Shown: positions 45,613-58,300 of the stretch, in pieces | Layout of the letters: every line of letters starts with the position of its first letter | Position numbering within the stretch: position 1 is the stretch's first letter | Assembly (NCBI GenBank): GCA_964016885.1 | Contig: OZ024743.1 | Span: 76,818,001-76,882,000, forward strand | Length of the DNA stretch: 64,000 nt | Reading direction: 5' to 3' | From: Eledone cirrhosa | Lineage: Eukaryota | Notes under the pieces: generated by a model | What the model was told of the DNA's origin: nothing | Databases searched by the model: none | What the model saw: the letters and a program-made list of their open reading frames with translations, nothing else | Position numbers and translations under genes: made by a program

Positions 45613-45797
45613 AAATAAATATATATATATATTAGAATTGGAGCTCTGAAATAGCAATATATATATGGATGTATATATAAAGTGTATTTTGCAATACACT
45701 TTATGCTTAATTAAAAGCATTTTGAAGATCGTAAGCTATTGTTTTTTTAGAGTAGTGACAAATTCACTTACTTTGATCTCAGCAAACAGGGGAGATA

Positions 45798-45842
45798 AGC
45801 CGACAAGGCCTTGTTTCGCTTTTGTTGAAGCTTATCAAGGCT
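45798..45842 (-). ncRNA. Type I hammerhead, family E (U3-A8 core)
   Basis: Minus strand: AGCC-UUGAUAA-GCUU(CAACAA)AAGC-GAA-ACAAGGCCUUGU-C-GGCU. Confidence 0.8.
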
Positions 45843-46116
45843 AACTACTCCCACCTGTCTACCGAGATCACTGATGTTATATTCTTATAGAATTATAGTA
45901 AATAATCAGGAGCTGATTATGCAGAGCGGTGGTTGGTCAGTCAGAAATTAAAAATTAGAATTGGAGCTCTGAAATAGCAATATATATATGGATGTATATA
46001 TAATGTATTTTGCAATACACTTTATGCTTAATTAAAAGCATTTTGAAGACCGTAACTATTGTTTTTTAGAGTAGTGACAAATTCACTCACTTTGATCTCA
46101 GCAAACAGGGGAGATA

Positions 46117-46161
46117 AGCCGACAAGGCCTTGTTTCGCTTTTGTTGAAGCTTATCAAGGCT
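46117..46161 (-). ncRNA. Type I hammerhead, family E, second identical copy
   Basis: Identical to 45798-45842. Confidence 0.8.
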
Positions 46162-46591
46162 AACTACCCCCACCTGTCTACCGAGATCACTGATGTTATA
46201 TTCTTATAGAATTCAAGTAAATAATCAGGATTTTGCTAAACTTGAAAGCCACTTCTGCTTGCCTGAACTCAAAGACCGAGATCTTCAGATGTTGTCCTCA
46301 TCTGAAATCAAATCTGATCTGTAACTGGATTGACTTTCCTATGATAACTCAACCACCTTGAACTCCTTTCCTGCTCTTTACTTCCACTACGGTTTTTTTA
46401 CCTGCTGAATCCACGTTCTGTACTCTTGTATTCTCTTTCTCCCTTATCTCCCCTTATATTTAAACCTTTTCCTATGTCATTTATTTCCCCCCTCTTTTTC
46501 CCCCCTATTTTTTTGCCTTACCCTTCACATACCAAACATTTTTTTTATTTTTAGATATTAATTTTTTTTGTGTTGTGTATATGTATGTATG

Positions 46592-46683
<92 letters not shown>

Positions 46684-47098
46684 TATATATATATGTATAT
46701 ATATGTGTGTATGTATATGTGTGTGTATATGGATATGTGTATGTATATATGTGTGTGTATGTATGTTTATATCTATCTGTATGTAAATGTATATGTATAT
46801 TTTATCGTATATATTAATTATTTCTGTTGTATTTGTGCGCGTGTGTGTATATATTTATATGTATGTATGTATGTGTGTATATATGTGTGTATATATATAT
46901 TTTTTTTTATATATATATACATATGTATGTATATATGGGTATGTATGTATGTGTGTATATATAACTTTAATGTGTATGTATGGGCATGTGTATATTTGTG
47001 CGTGTATATGTATTTTTTTTTAATAATGGTTTTGTGTGTTTATATATAATAGCCTCAGAAAAGGCTTGAGCTCTGCCGTAGGGTCAGACTTTTTCCTA

Positions 47099-47131
<33 letters not shown>

Positions 47132-47403
47132 GTATATATACGTAATTGTATGTGTGTATGTATTTCTGTGGTTGTGTTTGTGTGTGTGTGTATGTATATA
47201 TATATATGTGTGTATGTGTGTGTGTATATGTATATATGCATAAGGGTGTATGTATATGCATCATTACATATAGTGATTTAATGATTATTTTCATTGATCT
47301 TTTACCCCCAGGAACTTGTTGAGCGCTCTACATCTGCTATAAGCATTTATACCCTTTTCTAAATATATATTTGTTTCATTTATTATTTGTCGTATTCCCA
47401 ACT

Positions 47404-47617
47404 TTTTATTTTCATTTTTATTTTTATTTTTATTTTTATTTTTATTTTTATTTTTATTTTTATTTTTATTTTTATTTTTATTTTTATTTTTATTTTTATT
47501 TTTATTTTTATTTTTATTTTTATTTTTATTTTTATTTTTATTTTTATTTTTATTTTTATTTTTATTTTTATTTTTATTTTTATTTTTATTTTTATTTTTA
47601 TTTTTAGTTTTATTTTT
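47404..47617. repeat. (TTTTTA)n hexanucleotide repeat
   Basis: Seen directly. Confidence 0.95.
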
Positions 47618-47655
47618 CATATATACAATATTTATTTTATAATATTTATGTTCTT

Positions 47656-47706
<51 letters not shown>

Positions 47707-47712
<6 letters not shown>

Positions 47713-47981
47713 TGTAATAAACAACATAAGGCAATTATTCCATTTACCAGTGGTTTCTTAAAAGCAAAAGATTTTGCTTTCAATCCTCAGAATGAAAAAA
47801 TCCTGGTCTCTTTTTTTTTTTTTTTTTCATTCTGAGGATTGAAAGCAAAATCTTTTGCTTTTAAGAAACCACTGGTAAATGGAATAATTGCCTTATGTTG
47901 TTTATTACATAACTATTAAGCTCTGTTACCTACATAGAGCACTCTTTTTTCCTGGACTTTTCCGACGGAATTACTTCATTT

Positions 47982-48013
<32 letters not shown>

Positions 48014-48132
48014 TGAGTTATATTGATGTATATGTGTGTGTGTGTGTGTACGTATGCATACGTATGTGTATGTATATATGTGTGTGTAGGTATATATGTG
48101 TATGTGAGTATGTATGTATGTGTATGTATGTG

Positions 48133-48175
<43 letters not shown>

Positions 48176-48300
48176 TAAGGTTCATATGAATTATCTAAGA
48201 ATGAGTTTTACACACATATATATATGTGTGTGTTTGTATTTGGTTGTGCGTGTTTGTGATATGTATGTATATGTATGTGTATAATTGTATGGCTATGTAA

Positions 48301-48392
<92 letters not shown>

Positions 48393-49263
48393 AGAGACGT
48401 AAAATAAGAAAATTATAAAATTAACTTACTTACTAAAATATCACTTCCAACTAATTAGTTTCTGGAATGAAGTAAATATATTTTCCGAAGAATAATATGG
48501 AGAAGCATTCCGTCGTCAGGAAAGTCTATTCTCATGTAAGTTTCCAGGCAAAGCGAGGACACTGGAAACTTATTAAAAAATAATTCAGTGGATAGGAAAT
48601 AGCGAAGCGTGGACTGAATTCCAAGCCATTGAGAAAATCACTGCCTCTACGTCTGTGGCAAATTCAAAAAGAATCGAACACGTGACATCGAGGTCAATCA
48701 GTGGAAAGTGGTTTGCTAATAAGACAGCGGCCTGCCTACAACCGTAGCAGCAGTCATGGCCAATATTGCTCGACAAATAATTTGGAGATAATAATAAAGA
48801 ATTCATATCTAGTAACATATATATACATACAGATGCATATCAATGCTAGCAAATATATAGGTTTTGTCTTAATAACAGTGTGGTTCAATGCATGGGGTTG
48901 CAGAACAATAATATAAGAGACGTAAAATAAGAAAATTATAAAATTCCACTGAATTATTTTTTAATAAGTTTCCAGTGTCCTCGCTTTGCCTGGAAACTTA
49001 CATGAGAATAGACTTTCCTGACGACGGAATGCTTCTCAATATTATTCTTCGGAAAATATATTTACTCCATTCCAGAAACTAATTAGTTGGAAGTGATATG
49101 TTAGTAAGTAAGTTAATTTTATAATTTTCTTATTTTACGTCTCTTATATTATTGTTCTGCAACCCCATGCATTGAACCACACTGTTATTAAGACAAAACC
49201 TATATATTTGCTAGCACTGATATGCATCTGTATGTATATATATGTTACTAGATATGAATTCTT

Positions 49264-49334
<71 letters not shown>

Positions 49335-49939
49335 AGCGTGTGTGTATATGTATATGTGTGTGTGTATGTGTATGCGTATGTATGTGTTTATGTATTTGTA
49401 TATGTATATTTATGTGTGAGAGTGTGTGTATGTAGTTATTTTTACGTATGTATGTGTACGTGCATGTGTGTGTATTGCTTTCCACGTGTGTTTGTTCATT
49501 TATTTGTTGCCTGTATCGCTGTCAACTTTATAATAGTCTTTATTTTCTTTTTTATGCCTTTTATTATTATATATATTTTTTCTTATATTTATTTGTGTGT
49601 GTGAGTATGTAGAGGTGTGTGTATATATTTTTATTTTTGTGCATGCGTATGTATGCATGTATATATGTGTGTGTATCTATGTGTATGTATGTACATGTGT
49701 ATATACGTATGATTGTGTGTATGTATGTATGTATATGTATGTGTGTATGGCTATGTATGTGTATGTGTATGCATATATATATGTGTGTGTGTGGTTGTAT
49801 ATGTGTATGTATATGTATGCATATGTTGATATTTATGTGTGTATGTATGTATGTGTATATGTATGTGTATGTATATATATACACATATATATGTGGGTGT
49901 GCGTGTGTATATATGTGTGTGTGTATGTATGTGTGTATG

Positions 49940-49972
<33 letters not shown>

Positions 49973-49981
49973 ATGTATATA

Positions 49982-50068
<87 letters not shown>

Positions 50069-50270
50069 ATGTGTGTTTTTATTTTATTTTTCCTTTCCTT
50101 CTTCCTTCTCCAGCCTCACTTTCATATAGATTGCATTTTTGTTTTTAAAATCCAAAGTCAATAAATACGCCAGGATTTTTTCATTCTGATGATTGAAAGC
50201 AAAATTTTTTTGCTTTTAAGAAACCACTGGTAAATGAAATAATTGCCTTATGTTGTTTATTACATAACTA
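47707..50270 (+). mobile_element. Family A element with an inverted 5' terminus and partial tandem ends; HHRs at 47738-47797 (-), 47825-47884 (+) and 50179-50239 (+); interrupted by 48385-49270
   Basis: Palindrome 47707-47914; homology to 44457-45612. Confidence 0.75.
48385..49270. mobile_element. Nested family C element: ~523-bp permuted unit plus an inverted copy; HHRs at 48443-48525 (-) and 49012-49094 (+)
   Basis: TAAGAGACG... at 48391 and 48914; 48943-49270 is the reverse complement of upstream parts. Motif ACUUUC-CUGACGA-CGGAAUG...CAUUCCA-GAA-ACUAAUUAGU-U-GGAAGU. Confidence 0.8.
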
Positions 50271-50294
50271 TATATATATATATATATATATATA

Positions 50295-50490
50295 AGCACA
50301 AGTATGACCCCGACGGCAGAGCTCAAGCCGTTTCGACGGGTAATTCTGGAGTCCAGAATTAGCCGTCGAAACGGCTTGAGCTCTGCCGTTGGGATCATAC
50401 TTGTTCCTATTACCCACTCTACTACCCTAAGTATTGAGTACTTTGGTGCGTTATGATCCATCTGGTTCCTTACCACATTTCCTTCGTTAT
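50295..50490 (-). mobile_element. Hairpin element, relative of 31346-31543
   Basis: Inverted repeat ACAAGTATGA...TCATACTTGT at 50298-50404; shared adjacent segment. Confidence 0.75.
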
Positions 50491-50527
50491 ATATATATAT
50501 ATATATATATATATAACCATATACATC

Positions 50528-50567
50528 CCGAGCTGAAGATCCGCGAAGGTGAAACAATTGTTCTCGG
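50528..50567 (+). ncRNA. Minimal type I hammerhead, family G
   Basis: CCGAG-CUGAAGA-UCC(GCGAA)GGU-GAA-ACAAUUGU-U-CUCGG; helix II is weak. Confidence 0.7.
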
Positions 50568-50844
50568 TATGGTGAACTAACTGTTGTGTAACCACTTCTA
50601 TCTAACTCGTCCCTTGGACTGAGTGCTCTACCACTACGGATATTACCTTCCAGTGTTCCACCACTATATATATATATTTTTTTTTTTTCCACCACTATAT
50701 ATATATATATATATATATATATCTTTTTACTTACTCTTAACACTATGACTTACTAAAGTAAACAAACGACTATCCGGATGGCCTCCAAAAACAACGGTCA
50801 CCTTTTTGAAAGAGTACGTCAATATCTATTTGTAAAATTGTTAT

Positions 50845-50907
50845 ATTTTGTCTGATGAAGGCATACCATGATTTAACTTGGTATCCTTGAAATATATATA
50901 ATGAAAT
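50845..50907 (+). ncRNA. Type I hammerhead, family H
   Basis: AUUUUGU-CUGAUGA-AGGCAUACCA...UGGUAUCCUU-GAA-AUAUAUAU-A-AUGAAAU. Confidence 0.7.
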
Positions 50908-50944
50908 AAATATGGTTTTATAAATATAGTTTCCATTTATTAAT

Positions 50945-51021
<77 letters not shown>

Positions 51022-51037
51022 ATGACGTTATAGGAAA

Positions 51038-51270
51038 TATCATCATCATCATCATCATTATCATCATCGTCGTCGTCATCATCATCATCATCATCATCGT
51101 TTAACGTCCATTTTCCACACTAGTAGGGAAAGTTGAGTCAGATGACCATATCTTGCTCATACAGAACTGTATCTGGGTTGGTTTCTGGATGCCCTTCCTA
51201 ATCCCAACCACATCTACAGTGAGTACTGGGTACTTTTTGTTATGTCACCAACGCAACCACATCTACAGTG
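51038..51270 (-). mobile_element. SINE/LINE 3' end with (GAT)n tail
   Basis: (CAT)n-CGTTTAACGTCCATTTTCCA...GGATGCCCTTCCTAA, an RTE-type 3' end signature (from recall). Confidence 0.6.
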
Positions 51271-51899
51271 TACTTTGTGTCATGACTCCTAAAAAATCAC
51301 CCAACATATATTCGTTATAATCTCGATTGGTCACAATCACTCACTCAGTGAGATATGGTTTGAACGTATATGAAGCAAACGTGTCCAAGAGTGCTAACAA
51401 AATGTATATTTGTAATGAGGCAGTTTCAAGTGGTTGCCAGGACCCCAGGATTTCTGTTAATGTAGTAAGCTTCGATAAGTGAAATTTGCAACTTGCTGAA
51501 TGCAGTGTCTGTACGGTAAACGCTGAACTTAGTCAACGGACTAGATAATTAAAATACAAATAGAAAACTGTGGCAGTCATGCCTTGCTAAATATCAAAAG
51601 CAGTGTCAGGAGATCGGCTTCAGACAGAAACCACAACCAAGAATAACCACTTGTAATTTCGTCCGTTGGTCGTATAGAACACATACATATAGAGACGCAG
51701 ATACACACACACACATATAGATACATACACACACATATACATACATGCACATATACATACACACACATATACACACATACACACACATACATACACACAC
51801 ATACACATACATACATACATACATACGCACACATATACATACATACACACACACATATACATACACACATATACATACATACACACACATATACATACT

Positions 51900-52035
51900 G
51901 CTTCACCTCGCGCGGCTCTTTCCTCAGACAGACAGCTTTTGATTCGATTTTACGGAGGAGGTCAGCTGTCCGGACTCCAAGGACGCCCGAGGTCTCAACG
52001 GCGACTGGTGTGAAGAGGAAGCGGACGGACAAGCT
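51900..52035 (-). mobile_element. Fragment of a CRE-like (restriction-like endonuclease) non-LTR element
   Basis: Encodes FLFTPVAVETSGVLGVRTADLLRKIESKAVCLRKEPRE, resembling the FxPxAVETxGxxG motif of CRE C-termini. Confidence 0.6.
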
Positions 52036-52085
52036 AAAATAAACTGAATTAGATTTATACACACACAAATACACACGCACGCACG

Positions 52086-52202
<117 letters not shown>

Positions 52203-52309
52203 CTATTTATAGTTATGTATATACTATAAACAACTAGAAACAAGAAAAGTCAGTAATATATTACTACCTTATTACCAGTAAGAGAAATAGCTCAATGTAA
52301 GAACATCAG

Positions 52310-52579
52310 TTCAAAAAACACAATCTAGCCAACTCCACTTCTTTATCTAGCTACGTACACTCTCTGAAAACTAGGAATAGACCATTTACACTGCAATGGG
52401 AAGTAGTGGGTAGGGCCCCATCGTATAAACCACCGAATAAATTGTGTTATCTCTGTCTTCTAGAGACCCATACTATAATCTTTTCGAAACTAGACCTCCT
52501 TAGTAGAAAGTCAGAGACATTTGCCTCGTGCCAACACCGATACCGTCACTCGTTCCATAACTTTAAACCTAGCTGTTAG
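52310..52579 (+). pseudogene. C-terminal 89 codons of a PLE GIY-YIG endonuclease region (Naiad-like)
   Basis: Translated by hand (no start codon, so absent from the ORF track): FKKHNLANSTSLSSYVHSLK...LQWEVVGRAPSYKPPNKLCYLCLLETHTIIFSKLDLLSRKSETFASCQHRYRHSFHNFKPSC*. Confidence 0.75.
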
Positions 52580-53214
52580 TATATCACAATGTCAGATTTG
52601 AATTCCTCACCACCATTAACACTTCACATCTAGGACTTATCAGCCTCCACAGCTACAGACTCTTTGATCAGCTCTTTCCTTTACACAACTCCTATTTATC
52701 TCTAACCTTATACTCTGCAATAACTGTTAGAATTAAACATAAAGTTACCACCTTTTGATATAACTACTATAGCTTAATTATATTATATACACTAACGGAT
52801 ATTTAATATGTAGAGACATTTAATGTAATATGTAATAATAAACTATATATACATTTAGAATTATATAATTAAATATTTAAATTAATAACATGTATATTAG
52901 GGATCTACCTTTAACATAATATAATAATAATAAAGTATATATACATTTATAATTAAATATATAATGTAATAGCATTGTATATAAGAGATTAACTTTTAAA
53001 ACAATAATGTATATTATTACACAAATGATATATCTATTTGGACATATAAACAGCTATGCAATTTTCCATAACATATATCTTGTCCAATAATGAATAGATA
53101 CAATCTAATGAGACCTTTAATATATTACAGTAAAATACACTGTATTTAAGTATAAATATATAGCATTATGTAACAGAGATTTATGTATATATTTATCTAT
53201 ATATATTTGCCCTT

Positions 53215-53337
53215 GCCATTCTGACTTCAAATCCCGCCGAGGTTAACTTTGCCTTTCATCCTTACGGGGTCAATAAAATAAAGTACCAGTAATGCACTGG
53301 GTAATTGCTGGCCTTGTGCGAAAAAGTAGAAACAATT
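53215..53337 (+). mobile_element. SINE (5'-truncated) nested in the PLE 3' region
   Basis: TTCAAATCCCGCCGAGGTTAACTTTGCCTTTCATCCTTACGGGGTC. Confidence 0.85.
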
Positions 53338-54165
53338 ATGTAATAGAGATTCACTTGTATCACAATATAATGTGTATTAGAGCAAAGAATTTAAATAACT
53401 GAATTTAATTAGCTAGTTACCTCCCCTTACACATTACTCACTTCCGGAAATTAACCGTTGGAAAATCTACCTATTGAACAACTATAGTCCATGAATAAGA
53501 ATACAATAAGACTAATTTACAATCCATTGCTTTAACTAACTTAAAACATTCAATATAAACATTAACTAAAATATAATTCAACATATGTAATGGAAGAGAC
53601 TGCAATAACTTTGCTATTTTCAACACACAAATTCAAACACTATCAACATACTACATCCACCATAGATTTTAATACATTAACATATTTGCTTAAAATACAG
53701 TATTTATTTATCTACATATGCATAACTTTGCTTATTTCCTTCTCATATATATGACTAACGCATGTGCACTTTCTACACGACTGCATATGTATTGCTAATG
53801 TACTCTTTCTTTCTCAAAGCTCCTTTCTCAATGCCTCTTTAATTACTAGACTATTTTCTTATATTATCCGTTGCATGTACGCCACTCTGTGCTTTTAATT
53901 TGAATTTGAATTATTGTACAATTCTCGTAAAATATATGTCACATCCATTCCACCCTATAAATACGAAACTATTGCTCACAAAATCAATATATATGTATCT
54001 ATATTATTGTTCAGTTGAATAGGAGGTTAATTACATGTACAAACATTGATAATGCTCTGATGACATCAAACGAGAGTTTGTAAGAAACGATTGTCAGCTA
54101 TCAAATGATTTGAACAAAACTTTGATAATTGTCTAATTTATTTATTTATTTATTTATTTATTATA

Positions 54166-54744
54166 TATAAAATTATAAGTTTGAAGAACAGACAGATAAA
54201 ATATATCCAATTTTTCTTCACCCTAGTCCGTAGAAATCAACCAGATAAATAATCATTTAAACGGAGCTAAGTTTAAAGCGTAGCTTCGAAGAAATAAATG
54301 ATAAATGACACAGACTATCCCCGCGAGGAACAGTCAGATAAAATTTACCTAGTCTTTCCTCTTAGCCCGTAGACAAATAATCAATTAAACGGAGCTAAGT
54401 CTAAAATGCAAGTTTGAAGTAAAAATGCCAATAAACTTTACCAAAATTTTCTAGTCGCGACTATCGATAGTTTCGCTCGTACTTTGTGGATATGTCCAAT
54501 CTTGCTATTATCAATGAGGTTAAGAGCTTATCAAGAGACTCCCTCAGTTAGGACTAAAATTAGAATTTTATCTGACTGTTCCTCACGAGGGATAGTCTGT
54601 GTCATTTATCTGTTATTTCTTCAAAGTTATATTTTAAACTTAGCTCCGTTTAAATGATTATTAATCTAGTTAACTTCTACGGATTAGGGTGAAGAAAAAT
54701 TGGATATATTTTATCTAACTGTTCTTCAAACTTATAATTTTATA
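54166..54744. mobile_element. MITE / non-autonomous DNA transposon with ~180-bp imperfect TIRs
   Basis: 54166-54345 is the reverse complement of 54563-54744; ends in TA. Confidence 0.85.
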
Positions 54745-54865
54745 CAGCTCTGATTAATAATTATTTACTTAATTAGTTTTTTCATTGAGTCACACCGTGG
54801 AAGGTAGCCACACTCATATATGTATCTGTGACTAAGTCTAAATATATACATATATATTCTTATGA

Positions 54866-54947
<82 letters not shown>

Positions 54948-55067
54948 AGGGAGAGAGAGAGAGGGAGAGAGAGAGGGGGAGAGAGAGAAAGAGAGGGACA
55001 GAGAAAGAAAGAAAGAGAAAGAGATAATACATATATATGTCTGTATGCTGATTATGTGTATGTATAA

Positions 55068-55096
<29 letters not shown>

Positions 55097-55106
<10 letters not shown>

Positions 55107-55300
55107 GAGGTTTTTTTACAAAAGGAAAAATAACCGAGGTGTCCTACACGAGTGAAAGTATAAAGAAAAAAAGATGAAATCGAAAATGCAAGTGAAGTCT
55201 TATTTTTGTTTTAAATATATATATTTATTTGGTTTCTTCACCGATTTCGCAGTTCTTCTGCATTTGAAAAGTAGAGTTGAAATGGAGGGTCTGTGGTTTT
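55097..55300 (-). mobile_element. Family F repeat copy with a degenerate HHR
   Basis: Homologous to 28853-29056. Confidence 0.75.
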
Positions 55301-55319
55301 TCTAACTTATATATATATA

Positions 55320-58300
55320 ATGTCTACTGTTAGAGAGACAGTGTGATGTCTACTGTTAGAGACAGTGTGATGTCTACTGTTAGAGACAGTGTGGTGTCTA
55401 CTGTTAGAGACAGTGTGGTGTCTACTGTTAGAGAGACAGTGTGGTGTCTACTGTTAGAGACAGTGTGGTGTCTACTGTTAGAGACAGTGTGATGTCTACT
55501 GTTAGAGACAGTGTGGTGTCTACTGTTAGAGAGACAGTGTGGTGTCTACTGTTAGAGACAGTGTGATGTCTACTGTTAGAGACAGTGTGATGTCTACTGT
55601 TAGAGAGACAGTGTGGTGTCTACTGTTAGAGACAGTGTGATGTCTACTGTTAGAGAGACAGTGTGGTGTCTACTGTTAGAGACAGTGTGATGTCTACTGT
55701 TAGAGAGACAGTGTGGTGTCTACTGTTAGAGACAGTGTGATGTCTACTGTTAGAGAGACAGTGTGGTGTCTACTGTTAGAGACAGTGTGGTGTCTACTGT
55801 TAGAGACAGTGTGGTGTCTACTGTTAGAGACAGTGTGGTGTCTACTGTTAGAGAGACAGTGTGGTGTCTACTGTTAGAGACAGTGTGATGTCTACTGTTA
55901 GAGAGACAGTGTGGTGTCTACTGTTAGAGACAGTGTGATGTCTACTGTTAGAGAGACAGTGTGGTGTCTACTGTTAGAGACAGTGTGATGTCTACTGTTA
56001 GAGAGACAGTGTGGTGTCTACTGTTAGAGACAGTGTGATGTCTACTGTTAGAGAGACAGTGTGGTGTCTACTGTTAGAGACAGTGTGATGTCTACTGTTA
56101 GAGAGACAGTGTGGTGTCTACTGTTAGAGACAGTGTGGTGTCTACTGTTAGAGACAGTGTGGTGTCTACTGTTAGAGACAGTGTGGTGTCTACTGTTAGA
56201 GAGACAGTGTGGTGTCTACTGTTAGAGACAGTGTGATGTCTACTGTTAGAGAGACAGTGTGGTGTCTACTGTTAGAGACAGTGTGATGTCTACTGTTAGA
56301 GAGACAGTGTGGTGTCTACTGTTAGAGACAGTGTGATGTCTACTGTTAGAGAGACAGTGTGGTGTCTACTGTTAGAGAGACAGTGTGATGTCTACTGTTA
56401 GAGACAGTGTGGTGTCTACTGTTAGAGAGACAGTGTGGTGTCTACTGTTAGAGACAGTGTGATGTCTACTGTTAGAGAGACAGTGTGGTGTCTACTGTTA
56501 GAGACAGTGTGATGTCTACTGTTAGAGAGACAGTGTGGTGTCTACTGTTAGAGACAGTGTGATGTCTACTGTTAGAGAGACAGTGTGGTGTCTACTGTTA
56601 GAGACAGTGTGGTGTCTACTGTTAGAGACAGTGTGGTGTCTACTGTTAGAGAGACAGTGTGGTGTCTACTGTTAGAGACAGTGTGATGTCTACTGTTAGA
56701 GAGACAGTGTGGTGTCTACTGTTAGAGACAGTGTGATGTCTACTGTTAGAGAGACAGTGTGGTGTCTACTGTTAGAGACAGTGTGATGTCTACTGTTAGA
56801 GAGACAGTGTGGTGTCTACTGTTAGAGACAGTGTGGTGTCTACTATTAGAGACAGTGTGGTGTCTACTGTTAGAGAGACAGTGTGGTGTCTACTGTTAGA
56901 GACAGTGTGATGTCTACTGTTAGAGAGACAGTGTGGTGTCTACTGTTAGAGACAGTGTGATGTCTACTGTTAGAGAGACAGTGTGGTGTCTACTGTTAGA
57001 GACAGTGAGATGTCTACTGTTAGAGAGACAGTGTGATGTCTACTGTTAGAGAGACAGTGTGATGTCTAATGTTAGAGACAGTGTGATGTCTACTGTTAGA
57101 GACAGTGTGATGTCTACTGTTAGAGACAGTGTGATGTCTACTGTTAGAGACAGTGTGATGTCTACTGTTAGAGAGACAGTGTGATGTCTACTGTTAGAGA
57201 CAGTGCGATGTCTACTGTTAGAGACAGTGTGGTGTCTACTGTTAGAGACAGTATGGTGTCTACTGTTAGAGACAGTGTGGTGTCTACTGTTAGAGACAGT
57301 GTAGTTTCTACTGTTAGTGAGACAGTGTGATGTCTACTGTTAGAGACAGTGTGATGTCTACTGTTAGAGACAGTGTGATGTCTACTGTTAGAGACAGTGT
57401 GATGTCTACTGTTAGAGACAGTGTGGTGTCTACCGTTAGAGACAGTGTGGTGTCTACTGTTAGAGAGACAGTGTGATGTCTACTGTTAGAGACAGTGTGA
57501 TGTCTACTGTTAGAGACAGTGTCATGTCTACTGTTAGAGAGGCAGTGTGATGTCTACTGTTAGAGAGACAGTGTGGTGTCTACTGTTAGAGAGACAGTGT
57601 GATGTCTACTGTTAGAGAGACAGTGTGGTGTCTACTGTTAGAGAGACAGTGTGATGTCTACTGTTAGAGACAGTGTGATGTCTACTGTTAGAGACAGTGT
57701 GGTGTCTACTGTTAGAGACAGTGTGATGTCTACTGTTAGAGAAGCAGTGTGATGTCTACTGTTAGAGAGACAGTGTGATGTCTACTGTTAGAGAGACAGT
57801 GTGATGTCTACTGTTAGAGACAGTGTGATGTCTACTGTTAGAGACAGTGTGGTGTCTACTGTTAGAGAGACAGTGTGGTGTCTACTGTTAGAGAGACAGT
57901 GTGATGTCTACTGTTAGATACAGTGTGGTGTCTACTGTTAGAGACAGTGTGGTGTCTACTGTTAGAGAGGCAGTATGATTTCTGCTGTTAGAGAGACAGT
58001 GTGATGTCTACTGTTAGAGAGACAGTGTGGGCTCTACTGTTAGAGAGACAGTGTGATGTCTACTGTTAGAGAGACAGTGTGGTGTCTACTGTTAGAGCGA
58101 CAGTGTGATGTCTACTGTTAGAGACAGTGTGATGTCTACTGTTAGAGACAGTGTGGTGTCTACTGTTAGAGACAGTGTGATGTCTACTGTTAGAGAGGCA
58201 GTGTGATGTCTACTGTTAGAGAGACAGTGTGATGTCTACTGTTAGAGAGACAGTGTGATGTCTACTGTTAGAGAGACAGTGTGGTGTCTACTGTTAGAGA

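Larger units (their letters stand above)
45631..46231 (-). mobile_element. Partial tandem dimer of a ~320-bp unit, one hammerhead per unit (retrozyme- or pLTR-like)
   Basis: 45631-45911 is repeated at 45954-46231. Confidence 0.85.

Noticed and set aside
46232-46325. Possible host exon (AKLESHFCLPELKDRDLQMLSSSEIKSDL*)
   Set aside because: Too short, no recognisable homology and no supported splice context.
51640-51680. Partial hammerhead on the minus strand (GGACGAAA...)
   Set aside because: The CUGAnGA box and helix I are missing.
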